DNA of 62,699 nucleotides, filler included, from Globobulimina sp. (GCA_003354225.1; 27 parts of 27 records of this genome joined end to end with filler, not necessarily neighbours in it), one strand, 5' to 3'; shown: positions 47,128 through 60,375, counted from the whole stretch's first letter. Numbers and translations are program-made. The notes: generated from the letters alone by a model not told the origin.

Positions 47128-48751
47128 TTATGAGAACCCAAACCCTTGTGAACATTCTCTGATCGCCAACATGATTTTTGATTTTAATATTATTTTGGTA
47201 GAATATTTTGGTAAATCCAATTGATTAAAACAAGTATGCGCCGAAGGTAACAAATTATCCGTATTTTGCGAGTTCATTTGTCCGCAGGAATGTATTTGTA
47301 ATCTTTGTATGCCATCCATGCCCGGCAAGGCTTTAAATCCACCAATCGGCACTTTGGATGTTCCCGTAATAAATTGTAGTAACAATGCTCTTTCTTCTTT
47401 ATCCATTTCTTGCACACATTGCCAAAACCATTTGATCTGTTTCGTATTTTTGGTTAATCCGCCATGATACTCTGTGTTTTGCATCATATCTTTAATATCG
47501 ATATCCGGCAGACCGCAAATCAATAAATCCAACTCAGGCCACGTAAATATGGAGATCAACCAATGCGGGATCAAAATATGTAATCCTTCGCAAAACGCTT
47601 TAATTTGCTGCGAGATTTGTTTGGTCATTTTAAAATCTGCGATTAATTTAATATATTCTTTCTTATTCTGATCGTTGACATCAATCGTATCGCCATCTTT
47701 TTTCAACACATATTCCTTTTTCACTCCATACGTATTCACATTGTATGTAAACGTCTCAAATATAACGTTATCGATTCTATGCTCCAACATCCATTTTAAA
47801 TTTTTATAATGCTGAAAGTCCAACGATTGTAAGTCATGCCAATTTGGCTTAATTCCCAACACATGCTTCAAAAAAGAGCGCGTGAAGTATGCATCCAACA
47901 CTTGTTCGTCATAAATGGCTTTGGCACACATCAGACCCACAAACTTAAAGTCTTCCAAATGGCTCTGATTGGCATAGCCACTGTTTAAATTGGGCTGGAA
48001 TACGGATTTATTATCATTGGTAGGTATAAATAGGGAATAATTGGGATTAAACATCTCATACGACATTGCTTGATAGAATTCACGCGTTAAACCGCCGGCA
48101 TCCACGCCATCTTCGCCCAAAAACTTGACACTTAAACGACTCATTAATTCGCGACGAGTCCATTGTTTAATTTGTGAGAAAGCGTCGGCGAATAATTGTT
48201 TCCTCCGCACACAGATTCGGACTCTTCCAACGCCGCCGTCAAACCCTCGACGCGATAATAACAATTTTTCTTTCAATTTCTTCAACTCATCGCGTAAAAA
48301 CATCTTTTTATTATCGAAATCCAACACACGTTTTGGATGCCACACCAACGCCGCAAATGCGCCATATTTATTGCTCACATTCTGCGTACGCGGAAATGGA
48401 TAAATATTATCATTCTTGATATCAGATATTAATAATTTCGGTTTATGCGCGATCAATAAATTAAATATATTGCGATGCACATCTGTAAATTGCAGAAAAT
48501 ATTCATATCTCGACACTAAGTACGTGGACGCGATGCTATTCTCGCCGCCGTCGGCAATTAAGTCATTATGCAGCTGTTCGGGGGTTTTCTCCTTCAAAAA
48601 CTCATCCACACTGTAAAAGTCATGCAAAATGAAGAAAGCGCGGATTAATGGCTTTAAGCGTTCCACGGAGGACGTGATCCGCGCATCTTCTTCTTTGTTG
48701 GTCTGCTTTTTCAATATGGCGTGTTGCTGATTCATTTTTGCTTTCATGGCC
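47128..48751 (-). CDS. HECT E3 ubiquitin ligase, HUWE1/Tom1/UPL1-like C-terminus
   Basis: LDFDNKK, F.GEDGVDAGGLTREFY, LLQFITGTSKVP, LPSAHTCFNQLDLP, ending EC..GFGFS. Confidence 0.95.
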
Positions 48752-49101
48752 NNNNNNNNNNNNNNNNNNNNNNNNNNNNNNNNNNNNNNNNNNNNTTAAT
48801 TAATTAANNNNNNNNNNNNNNNNNNNNNNNNNNNNNNNNNNNNNNNNNNNNCCTGACTCTTCTCGATCTTTTTTTTCGTTTGCTACTCATTCTATGTGGT
48901 GATAGCTTTAGAAAGTTCAAACTTTAAATTCAACCGCCATGGTCCAGGTAAAAAACGAGCAGAAAAAGTAAGTTAGAAAATACACTCACACTTTTTGATT
49001 ATTAAGATTTTACAACTTTTTTCTCACACAGTTCACTAACAATTTTACAACTTTACTTGACAAACTTACTTAATTGTTTACTATCTGTAATAAGTGTAAT
49101 T

Positions 49102-50571
49102 ATGGCCGATTACCAAGTTCCTGAATGGTGTTTATATGTTACCATCGGGTTAACAATAATGAATGAACTAGTTTTCGTCCCAACTGTCATTTACTACACT
49201 TTGAAATGCTGGAACTTACGGCATGATATATTTTTCATTAAACGCAGACCAAAATTAATCGTATTATATTCATTTTGCTGTGCAATCAACCCATTATTGC
49301 GCCCATACCAACTGTACCGATATTGGTACCACACAGAACCACTTTGGGTGAAAATGATGGCATATATTCCATGGTCCCTTGCCGCAACCATTACATTCTT
49401 GCGTTTCTGGCTCACATTATATGATTTCAAATATAACGAAGCAATATATTTACAAAAGATACGTAGCTATGTCAAAGACGATCCATCCACGAAACCATCA
49501 TCACAGACACACACACATTCAGATCCATATTCGTTCGAATTAGCAATGCCACCATTACCAATCAACAATGTTGCAAAAAATAGCAATTCCAAAAGCAAAA
49601 CGGAAAATGCACGTACAACCACTTCTGGATCGATATCCATATCATTATGGATTAAATATAGATTATATTTTGGCACATTAAAAGGCTCCGTAATCACTGT
49701 ATCGATTATATTTATGTTCAATTGTATCATAGTGACATATTTAAGAACTGTGTCAAAGATTCTTTGTTTAGCCTTTCATTTTGCATATTTTGCACTGGCT
49801 ATCGGGATTTGTGTGGTTGCCAATAAAAAGATATCCAAATACAGAGATGAATTTTATATTGGCCAAGAATTGAAAGTGGCTACAAAACCGGCTATTTTGT
49901 TCATGATATTATTTGCTATCTCGATTGTTATTGAACCAATCCGCCCGCCTCTAACTAATATAATTTCCACCATATTGACATTTGTGGCAACCTCAGCGGG
50001 TATTTCTGTGTTTACAATTGTCAGTTTGCGATGGGGAATTAATTCATATCAGAATGTATTTTGTGTGAATCAGAATATTAATATGCAACACGAATATGAT
50101 AAAATGATAGATATTAATGAATGTATACAAAACAGAGAAGGCTATTATTTGTTTTTTGAATATTTGATCGGCGAAGTCAGTGTGGAAAGTTTGGAGTTTA
50201 TTACCGATGCTATTTACATCAAAAACAAGTTTCAAAGTAAGGAATTGAACGCAATTTCAAAAGACGAGAATTTTGAATGGCCCAAATTGTCAAATAAATT
50301 GTATATTTCGTCGGTTATGGAATGTGAAACGTTTTCCGACGCAGTTACGATGATCAATGAATTGTATATAAAGAAGAACTCGTTGCGGGAAATTAATATA
50401 TCGTATACACTGAGACTTGAATTGAGATCAAAGATTAATTGTATTCATAGTGTAAATATTAATATATTTGATAGTTGCATTGAGGAAATATTATATTTGT
50501 TGAAGCAGTCATATGTGCGATTTCAATTAACTACAAAATATCAAACGTTTGCAGTAGCGATGAAGACATAG
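49102..50571 (+). CDS. 7TM-RGS protein
   Basis: About 7 TM segments with KRRP after TM1, then an RGS box GYYLFFEYL..EVSVESLEF..YI..S.REINIS..IFD..EI..LL..SYVRF. Confidence 0.85.
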   Translation: MADYQVPEWCLYVTIGLTIMNELVFVPTVIYYTLKCWNLRHDIFFIKRRPKLIVLYSFCCAINPLLRPYQLYRYWYHTEPLWVKMMAYIPWSLAATITFLRFWLTLYDFKYNEAIYLQKIRSYVKDDPSTKPSSQTHTHSDPYSFELAMPPLPINNVAKNSNSKSKTENARTTTSGSISISLWIKYRLYFGTLKGSVITVSIIFMFNCIIVTYLRTVSKILCLAFHFAYFALAIGICVVANKKISKYRDEFYIGQELKVATKPAILFMILFAISIVIEPIRPPLTNIISTILTFVATSAGISVFTIVSLRWGINSYQNVFCVNQNINMQHEYDKMIDINECIQNREGYYLFFEYLIGEVSVESLEFITDAIYIKNKFQSKELNAISKDENFEWPKLSNKLYISSVMECETFSDAVTMINELYIKKNSLREINISYTLRLELRSKINCIHSVNINIFDSCIEEILYLLKQSYVRFQLTTKYQTFAVAMKT

Positions 50572-50745
50572 ATTCAATCAAATCCATATTTAAATTGTTT
50601 CATTTGTTTAAGATTGTTATTATTTTTGCCATGTATGATAGTCAGATATATATGTATGATTTGTTTGTTTGTTTGCTTAGCTAATTGTTTGCTTGTGTGC
50701 TTTGTTAATTCAATGGTTATTAAACCATCCAACATATGCTTTTAA

Positions 50746-50875
50746 TTTCGTTTCATTTCATTTCAACGATTTGCAAGGTTTTTGGGTTAGCTAGAGTGGT
50801 TTTCAACTTCGAATACTAGGATTACTAGGATTACTAGGTCATCTTTGCTAATCGTTGAAATGAAACGAAACGAAA
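50746..50875. repeat. Palindromic element with family-A core but different arms
   Basis: 31-bp inverted arms with 2 mismatches (TTTCGTTTCATTTCATTTCAACGATTTGCAA) around GCAAGGTTTTTGGGTTAGCTAGAGTGGTTTTCAACTTCGAATACTAGG. Confidence 0.8.
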
Positions 50876-51176
50876 CTATTTGTATATTTTAGATTCAGAA
50901 TAGTATAACGCATCATGTTATGTTATAATTTAAGAAAAAAAGTTTGAATTCTCACAAGTTCTTACGACGCAAACGCATACACCTTTGTATACATTTGCTA
51001 GCGAACCGTTTCTGCACCAAATGTATACTAATTATCGACCAGGTATTGAGGTGGGGTTTATCTTTTGAAATATATCNNNNNNNNNNNNNNNNNNNNNNNN
51101 NNNNNNNNNNNNNNNNNNNNTTAATTAATTAANNNNNNNNNNNNNNNNNNNNNNNNNNNNNNNNNNNNNNNNNNNN

Positions 51177-52684
51177 ACTTTCAGCATTCAGTGGCGAACT
51201 CGAAATGGTTCAAAACCTTTGGTGACCAATACTCATTCTGTCAGGATGGGGTTAGGTTTGATATGACGGCTGCTTTTGGGGAAACAGATGATCAGATTTT
51301 AATTCACGTGCCTTCAAAATCATTGTTGTTACCTGGAGGTATATACAATATTTTGTTTCATCATTACTCTGACAAATAATGCACAAAATATATGCGTTCA
51401 GATAACATTTATCGCGCTTTTCCAAATATTTATGCAATCCGAGGTGTCGAGCCTCGAAATGCTTATTCGTGGTACCAATCCATTGAAAAAATGCTAGAGT
51501 ATGTTGAGAAATATAATATTCAACATCTGGCACCATCGCATTCGCAGCATGTCGTTGGTTATAATAATATCGTGGATACATTGGGTGTTTATCGTGATGG
51601 CATCGCATTTGTTCATGACCAAACCATACGGTTTTTGAACCAGGGATTTTCGCAGAATGAAATTATCCAAAAAATACAGGAAAGTAAATCAAAGACATTG
51701 TTTCAAAATGCATATTTATTGGAATTTTATGGCACCATTGAATGGTCGGTGCGCGCTGTTTTTATGAAAAATATGGGCTGGTTTTCAGGCAAAATTGATG
51801 ACTTATTCCCAGCTTCAAAAGTTGTGAAAAGCGAAGGAATGACGAAAATGATGCAATATATTACAGCGCATCGCGAAGAAATGGATAAATTCTCAGTGGA
51901 ACAGAAAATGATTAAATATGTTGAAATTTGTAACGAAGAGAAAAAGAGGAATAACTTATTTAATTTGAGCAGAGATGAGACAAATCGATGGATATTAGAA
52001 TTAACCACGCAAATTATGATTAGATTGCAATTGGATCAGTCAAGCGACTCAGGTCAACATTTAAAGGAAAGGGTAGCGGACGTTCGATATGATGTAATTC
52101 GCGATTTGGCCAGTTATCAAACATCGGGTGCCGCGCGAAATTATTTATTGACATATTGGTTGGAGGAAAAATATGATTTGGAATATAAAGGTGGCAGAGC
52201 TAATTTTAGTGATATTATCATGGGGAGACCAATACATTGGAGCATCAAAACCTTGCCATTCCATGTTGATCCAGTTAAATGTGAACAGAATTTGGATGGA
52301 ATGATTACTGGAATTATTGAGTTGTGTGATATTGGGGAAATATATCGATTGCGATTAAAAGAGGTTGGCGTGATGCAATTGAGTGTGATGGCTGGCTATG
52401 ATGTCAATGATGCTTCAATTGATTGGATTTTACAAACAAATGAAAAATTATTGAAATATATTTTAACCGATGAACCAAAAGAGACAGAAATAGAAGGAAA
52501 GAAAGAGATAAAATCAGGGCATTTGATACCGAGAGTAAGAACTGTGTCCGGTGCATTGATTGCGGTGTTTTTTGGAATGGTTAGTAATCAAAAAGATGCT
52601 AAAAAAAATGGATTAATTAAAGGACACTCAGAAGCTGTTGAATTTTTTTCTTGTTTAGAATTTAACGTTATTTCCAAATTGTGA
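51177..52684 (+). CDS. Alkyl sulfatase (SdsA1/Bds1-like MBL-fold hydrolase), intron 51339-51401, 5' truncated
   Basis: GETDDQ..LLPG|DNIYRAFPNIYAIRG..R, PSH, YRDGIAFVHDQT, EFYGT..WSVR..GWFSG, ARNYLLT. Confidence 0.92.
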
Positions 52685-52868
52685 GATGTATTATGTTCTG
52701 TATTAAATCGAAAAACGAATAAAAGCCACTCGAAAAAAACACCACTTAGCATGCTCGCGCAAGAATCAGGTATAAAGATTAAATGCGTTGTTTGAGCGTA
52801 GTAAAACATATATGTAAACTACAGACATTAAACAAGAAGAAAACGGAAACAATAATATAAATAATCAA

Positions 52869-53366
52869 ATGGATCTGAAAGTACATAAACATAGAAAACA
52901 TAACAGTTATCACCACCCAAAATTCATGCTGAATAATGACGAAAATGATCCATATATTTCTGCAATTAATCCTCATTTCAAACATAATGAATGTGATTGG
53001 ATTATTGTGAAAAACAAAGAAACGGATAAAATACGTATCCCTTTATTTGGCGAAATACGATGCAATGGATACATTCAGGATGTTAGAAAAATGAGGTTAG
53101 AAATTGGAAATTTTGAACAAAATGTATGGATTGCTTTGAATAAAAACAATGCGCCGATTGAATTGAAGCAATCCAAAGAAGTACAAAGATTTGAATTTGA
53201 CATTGATGATGAAAATATTGTTACAATTTCACAAATGATGAAACAAAGAAACTATACGCATTTTAAATTGACTTTGATAGAAAATTATGGAGCTAAAGAA
53301 GAAATGTACTCGAAATTCGTCATCGCGACGTTTAAATTGTATGCAATTATTGTTGGCAAGTATTAA
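52869..53366 (+). CDS. Hypothetical protein (possible beta-sandwich/discoidin-like fold)
   Basis: Complete 165-aa ORF; DWII..VRKM..FKLTLIENYG pattern. Confidence 0.5.
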   Translation: MDLKVHKHRKHNSYHHPKFMLNNDENDPYISAINPHFKHNECDWIIVKNKETDKIRIPLFGEIRCNGYIQDVRKMRLEIGNFEQNVWIALNKNNAPIELKQSKEVQRFEFDIDDENIVTISQMMKQRNYTHFKLTLIENYGAKEEMYSKFVIATFKLYAIIVGKY

Positions 53367-53502
53367 TAAAGCAAAATTGGCAAAGAAAATATGGAATGAT
53401 TNNNNNNNNNNNNNNNNNNNNNNNNNNNNNNNNNNNNNNNNNNNNTTAATTAATTAANNNNNNNNNNNNNNNNNNNNNNNNNNNNNNNNNNNNNNNNNNN
53501 NA

Positions 53503-55618
53503 ATGGATGATCCCTTTGTTGAAACAGAAAAACTCAAAAGATACCATCAATCTGCTCCTAGTCTGACAAAATTGTTTGAATTAAAGTCTAATGCACCGTG
53601 TAAATTAGCCCGTCGCAAAACAACCGTACCAAATCCAGAGGATTATTACGATCCACGTGTGGTCTTAGAATTTGTCTTAGAAGCACCACAAGAAGCATAT
53701 ATTGGTATTGGCTATTCATTAAAACCTTTAATTGAACGCGTTATACAGGATTTGCAAGAAGAGCATGATCACATTGATGACATACAGGCAGCTGATCAAC
53801 AATTAATCGATAGCACCTTATTAAGGTACCATTACAGCATAGCACATTATTTAATGTCAATGCATATAAAAACATATATAATATATATATCTTATATACA
53901 GCTTAGGAATGGAATTAGAGGAATTTAAGTCGTTTATTCCTTTGAAAGCTGATTTAACAATTTTTAAACAGGTATTAGAACGGAGATATACGTCAAGTTT
54001 AGTCAAGGCAATATGTCATGCATTGATTGGTTCCTTTTTAAGTGGTTACAATACATCGTTATTAAACGTGCCAGCAACATTAATCCAAACCGAATGTAAT
54101 TTAAATATAACTTTATTCAGTACATTACAATCATTCTATTGTGTGGGTGGTTTAATTGGTGCATTGTGTACAGGATCTATTGCCGATAAATTTGGTAGAA
54201 AATTGACACTCATAATTGCAAATTGTATGTTTATGTTAAGTGGTTTGATAGCAATGCTATATTCATTTGATGTGTTTGGAGCCCACAATGAGCCGAGCTT
54301 AACTTTCATATATTTCATTATTTCGCGGATAATATCTGGCTTTGCCTCAGGATTATCCACAGCGATCGTACCGACATATTTGGGTGAGATTGCCCCACCG
54401 ATAATTCGTGGCGAAATTGGAACTTTAAATGCATTTATAAACGCTGCTGGATTGTTGTTTGCAGAGCTTATTGGTTTCCAGTATATATTCGGAAATGTAT
54501 ATTTATGGAAGTTTTTGTTTATTGTTAATATCATACCTGGATTGATCCAGTTGATAGCTTCGAAATCGTTGTCTGAATCGCCTCAATGGCTACTGATTAA
54601 TGGTAGGAAAGCTGCGGCAAAAAAAGGCTTTCAATATTTAAGGTATTCAATATATTTTAGGTGATAATTTGCAGAATTTTTGATAGCAACAAATTGCATG
54701 TTTTGGGTGCATATCACAGTTGTCCGAATGCGAATTTTTTGTGTCAAACACTGTGATAATTATCAACTTAATTTGCTTGTATTCAGACAATGTGACGATG
54801 TCGAATTTGATATGAAATCAGTAAAAACAAAGAAATTAAATCGAGCGATTACGAGAAGAAAAAGTAGGTTAAATTTACAAGCGGCGAAAACTCCCTCTTC
54901 GCCGTTATATGATATTGATGAAAAAGTTGATGATTATGGTTATGGAGCAACTGCCGCCTTAATGCAACCAAGAAGAAGAAAGAGATTTAATGTGGTTTTA
55001 TTTTATACATTTTCAATAACTATTTTATTACAAATATTGCAACAATTCAGTGGCATAAACAGTGTGTGGTATTACTCGAGTTTAATGCTACAAAATGCCG
55101 GTTTGACCTCATCGGTTGGACTGTGGATTGGTAATGTTTTAATTGCATCATCCAACTTTTTGGGGGTTATCATTCCTGTAAAGTTAATTGAAAAATTAGG
55201 GAGGAAAAAATTAATTTATATGTCTTGTGGTGGAATGATAATATCATCCGTTGTATTGTCAGTAGTGTTATTTTTTGCGGATGAAATGAGAGCAATATCG
55301 GGATATTTGTCGATTATTGTTTTAATATGTTATGTGATATCGTTTGCAATGGGCTTAGGACCGATTGTGGGATTATTGACAGTCGAATTATCACCGTCGT
55401 CATCAAGAGGCACGATTGTGTCGATTGCGTTTTTTATCAATTATTTAGCAAATTTATTTGTGGCGCAATATGCAAATATGGTTGTTAAATATGCATATTA
55501 TTTGCCCTTTGCTGCTGTTTGTATACTTGGCATTGTTTTTACATACTTTATGATTCCTGAAACAAAAGGGAAAAATGAGAATGATATACAAACTGCTATC
55601 GCCAAAAAAGTCAATTAA
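53503..55618 (+). CDS. MFS sugar porter (GLUT-like), introns 53826-53901 and 54643-54786
   Basis: GYNTSLLN, DKFGRK, YLGEIAPPIIRG, ESPQWL, QQFSGIN, GRK, GLGPI, PETKGK. Both GT-AG introns restore the frame. Confidence 0.93.
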
Positions 55619-55973
55619 TAGAATTTATTTATATAACTTTTTGTAATTAAAATTTATTATTAATCAATAATCACCGCACATGAATTGAATTCACTTAATA
55701 TCGGATTTTTTAATAATGGTTACTTANNNNNNNNNNNNNNNNNNNNNNNNNNNNNNNNNNNNNNNNNNNNTTAATTAATTAANNNNNNNNNNNNNNNNNN
55801 NNNNNNNNNNNNNNNNNNNNNNNNNNAGATGTTTCGTATGTAAACCGCTATCGTAGTTTAAAAATCCAATCTCGGCTAGAAGTGACTGTAAAAGTGACAT
55901 GCTTTCGAATGTTTAACCTCCGAACTTAATTGGCAGTAGTCAATTTAGTAGTCGAAAACCTTAACCTTTGCAG

Positions 55974-57804
55974 ATGATGGCTCTCAACAGATATTTATGC
56001 CTCATTTGCATGTTTATATCACTTTTTACATCCACAATAAATGGGCAAGCCTCAACCTACACATGTGCAGCTGGCTCTTCTTGCATGGTCGACTGTACAA
56101 ACGTAGCCAATTTCGAATGCAATACCAAAGGCACAGGAATATCTACCATCAATGCAGTGGCCGCACGCGATTTAACTGTATTCTGTTACGAGCCCGATGC
56201 GTGCGCTCATATGTTAATAGAATGCCCAATCACCCAAAATACCGAATCATTCTGCGTCATAAATTGTGATTTAGGTAATTCATGTAACTCATTACTAGTC
56301 CATACACATAACACCACCAATGTAACCTTATTATGCGGCGCAAACGAACTCGACAGAAATACTGCCGCCGATACACAATGTACAAACATTACAATTGATG
56401 GCAATTATGGCTATAAAGGAGACAATCCGCCACCAACACAAAATATAACCATCGTTTGTAATGATGAAAATTACGAAGGCGTCGATACCCCAACTTGCAG
56501 TGATATCAGTTTAGTTGTTCCATTTCTGTACCTTCCCGTACATCATACGCAAAATCGCAAAATACTATATTTTAGAAACCCGCAACGTCGCTCAAATGGG
56601 TCCATTGATTCCAAATTCCGTGGTCACATTAAACATATTATGCACCGTAGACTGGGCCGGCGAGGAACAAACGCAAGTTTGTGACCTATTGTATATCGAT
56701 GCGGGCAAAGCAAAATACGTCAATTTGTACATCGAAGGCGATTTAACCAATTCCCACTTCAATTTGACCGACTTGGCGCTATTGGAGGTCACTATCGATT
56801 TATTGAAGTACGGCACGGTTTGGAATACGACCATCAATGCGCCGCAAGTCCAGAATAAATTTTATATAAACTCGTCGTCGATTATTGGCTTCTTAAGCAG
56901 CCATATCATTGGTCCCTATGTGCAGTACCAGACCGCCTGCGAGATTGAGACTTATTATCCGTCGCGGTTCGAGGCCTCCACCTTTGAGGGCCGCTTTTAT
57001 ATTCATGGCGATGGCTGGTATTTGGACTCTGTGTTCAATGCAAAGACCGCGGGTTATGTGGACATCCAATTGGGCGAATTGGGGGTATGGGAGCGCAATA
57101 AATTGATTATCGAAGACTCGAATGCATCGTTGGTGTTTTTTGGGCTTACCTCTGGTTATGTGGATGCCCGAAATAGTGCGCAATTGTCAGTGATTTGTAA
57201 GTCGAAGTTCCCGCAGGAATCGTGCGTCGGATTGGTGTTAGAGGTGCCGCCATATGTTATGGTGGAAAATATTAAGAAACAAAGAGCGTTTTTGGAGTGT
57301 ATAGACTATGGCTGTACGAATATTACAACCATATCAGAAAATGGTGCGGATGATATTGCGGTGACGGCGGTGTTATGCGATTGCGAGCAAGGCGGGAATG
57401 GCGAGAGTGGCAATTCGTGCATAGGGCAAATCACAATTGGATGCGGTGAGAGTGAGGCAAATGCGGTATTTGATGGAGAGCATTGTCATGGCAGCAGTGA
57501 GTGTTGCGGGCCCATCGCGGCGGAGACAACCAATGCGTTATGTAATCGAGACAGTGGTTCGAACGGATTGAATGATTGGGAGGTTGTGGGCGTTTTTATT
57601 GGGGTCTTGTTTGGTGTATTATTACTAACATCGTTGTTTTGTTATTGTACAAACCAAAGCAAGATAAGAGATCACATCAAAAGGACGCAAGCCACAAATC
57701 CGTATACTCAGACTATTGTGGAGGAGGAGCAGAAAGCGAATACGATACAAACGGCTCAAGCCGGAGCCGCTGGATATGGCTCGGTGACTGATGAGGCGGT
57801 GTGA
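55974..57804 (+). CDS. Cys-rich type I membrane protein, probable intron 56509-56575
   Basis: Signal peptide, repeated C..C modules, TM VVGVFIGVLFGVLLLTSLFCYC. Intron GTTTAG..TTTAG joins the two overlapping ORFs. Confidence 0.75.
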
Positions 57805-58151
57805 TATTATTTTATTTTTGGACTTTACTCTAATAATTTATTGTTAAGAGTTGACATGTTTTTTGTTTGTTGATAATGTTTGTTTGTTTTGATAAGTATG
57901 CACTATATAAATAAGATGACATTAAATAAATTAATTATTATGTAGACGTAGTCAATAAAATAAATTCGATACTTTTTTCATGATTTCATCTGTTACTTTT
58001 TTTTTTGAAATTAAAAGTTTTGAGGATTCAAAAAAAATCGTTTCGAAAGTANNNNNNNNNNNNNNNNNNNNNNNNNNNNNNNNNNNNNNNNNNNNTTAAT
58101 TAATTAANNNNNNNNNNNNNNNNNNNNNNNNNNNNNNNNNNNNNNNNNNNN

Positions 58152-58669
58152 CATCAAAGAAAGCATTGGAAGGAAAATGGATTTTTGGATCCTTACAAAA
58201 AGCAAAGGAAATATATGAACAGTTGGCAAATATTCAAAAGGGTGTAACTGCTTTAGTTTCTGATGGATTTTGTAGTAAACAAAGTTGTATGAAAAGAAAA
58301 AATGAATGTATACGGGATGTTGGTGGTGGATTTGAGACGTATTGTTCGACAAAAATAATGGACCGAGGTACAGTGTTAAAATGTCGTGGGAAATGTAAGA
58401 AAAAATGTGATGTATTTAAAGAAGAAACAAAGATTGTGAGGTTTCCAAATGTATTGATATTTGCAATCGATCGATATATCAATGATCAGAAATTTACGAA
58501 AGTTGTTGGTTATCAGGAATATGAAACATTTGATGGGAATAAATATGAATTATATGCAGTGTGTAATCATTTGTATGGTAGAAGGGATTGGACATTTGTT
58601 AAAGGAATTGATGATAATATGTGGTATAATGCAAATGATGCAAGTATGAGTATAATAAATATTTTATAA
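58152..58669 (+). CDS. USP (peptidase C19) C-terminal fragment with degenerate His box
   Basis: FPNVLIFAIDRY, YELYAVCNH.G, WY..ND; the usual GHY is replaced by RRDW. Confidence 0.65.
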
Positions 58670-58841
58670 AAAAACAATATAATAATTATTGGACATTTGT
58701 AAAGAATTGATGAGAATATATGGTATAATGCACACAAACAATGTCATGCTAATCATTAAATTGTTAATTCGATCTTGCTGTCTGATCGAGCAGATAACCA
58801 TTTTGTGCAAGCCAAAAACTTTAGCTACAGTACAATAAATC

Positions 58842-60375
58842 ATGGGCAATACTGTTGATACCAATTCAGAAAATCCACCAAAAGCACAATCACAAATACC
58901 AAACATCTCAGATGAAACACTACCTAATGATACAACACCATTATTTGAAGTAGGACAACGAGTGCAAGCTTCAGATTTGAACCGTGGTCGATGGACATGG
59001 TATAACGCAATCGTTAAAGAAGTTGATTCACAGACTAAAATGGTTAAAATTGGCTGGTTAAATGATAAATGGGCAGATTCAAAATGGGATGTTTGGATTA
59101 ACGACATCAACGCAAGAATCCGAGATCCAGACACTAAACAACCGTACGCCTACACAAGTACATATGTAGCAGCAGCAAGTCCCGCAGCACAGACAGATAA
59201 CAGTCACACAAGTGCAGCACCTAAGATATTAAACACAAGTAAAAAACCGGTGTGCGTGAATCCAGCGCATGTATCCACATGGAACACAAACACGATTATA
59301 ACATGGATCCGATCAATGCAGAAACGAATTGAATCCGCAAGCTACATACAAATAAATCCTTTGATTGCCGCTATTAAACGAAAGAAAATTACTGGGATGG
59401 AATTAATTCAATGTTCAACGCAATTACAATTTGCCGACTTATTTGAGCAAGAACCGGCTCCCGATTATTGGATATTGCGCTGCAGCTTAAATATTGAGAA
59501 AAAGGCATGGGAGCTACGCGAAACAAGTAAAGGAATGATTAAAAATGGCAGATGGACACCGAGAGTGGGCGAAAAAATAAGATGTATTGATACCAGATAT
59601 AAATCTAAATCGTATGAAGCGAGAATAAAACAGGTTGAACAGCATAGAATTTTAGTGCATTATGATGGTTATTCTGGAAATAATGATCAATGGGTTGCAA
59701 AAAAAGAATGGGTGGATAGAATTACAATAATTGAGCAACCTGATTCTGATAATCAGTCAAGAAAAGGGCCAGTACCTCCAACAAAAACATCATTGGCTGG
59801 ACCGAAATATATAGCACCATTTCGGAATAAAATTATTGCAAATTGGAGTGTGGATGATGTGGGTGACTGGGTTGATGAACTTATAATAAGTACAAGAGAT
59901 AAATCCCAAACGAAAATAAAAAAGCAGAAGAAAGCAATGAAAAATATATTGGCTGCGAATCAAATCAATGGGGCGTTATTACTTTCGTATGAGAATGGTG
60001 GCCGTCTGTATGATTTATTTGGTGATACGGGGGGAGTAAGTAAATCATTTTGCGATAAATTGTGGCAAGAATTGACGGAATTATTGAATAATCAGAAAGC
60101 ACGGTCACAACCAATATCGCAACCGTTTGTAGATGCAAAACAAAACGACATTGGATACGTTGAAAACCCACAAAAACCGATTGCAATGTTTGAAGTGGGA
60201 CAAAGAGTGGAAGCTTCGGATTGGAACCGTGGTCGATTGGATTGGTATGCCGCAATCATTAAAGACGTTAATAAAAGGAACAAAATGGTTAAAATTGGCT
60301 GGCTGAATGATAAATGGGCTCGTGAGTCATTTGATAAATGGTTTCATAGTCATGAGATTGAGAAACGAATTCGTG
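58842..60375 (+). CDS. Myristoylation-motif protein with Tudor/Agenet-like and SAM-like repeats (truncated)
   Basis: MGNT start; duplicated FEVGQRV.ASD.NRGR..WY.AI.K domain; Tudor-knot-like ILVHYDGYSGNNDQWV; two SAM-like segments (VSTWNTNTIITWI..ITGMELI; NWSVDDVGDWV..INGALLL). Confidence 0.8.
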
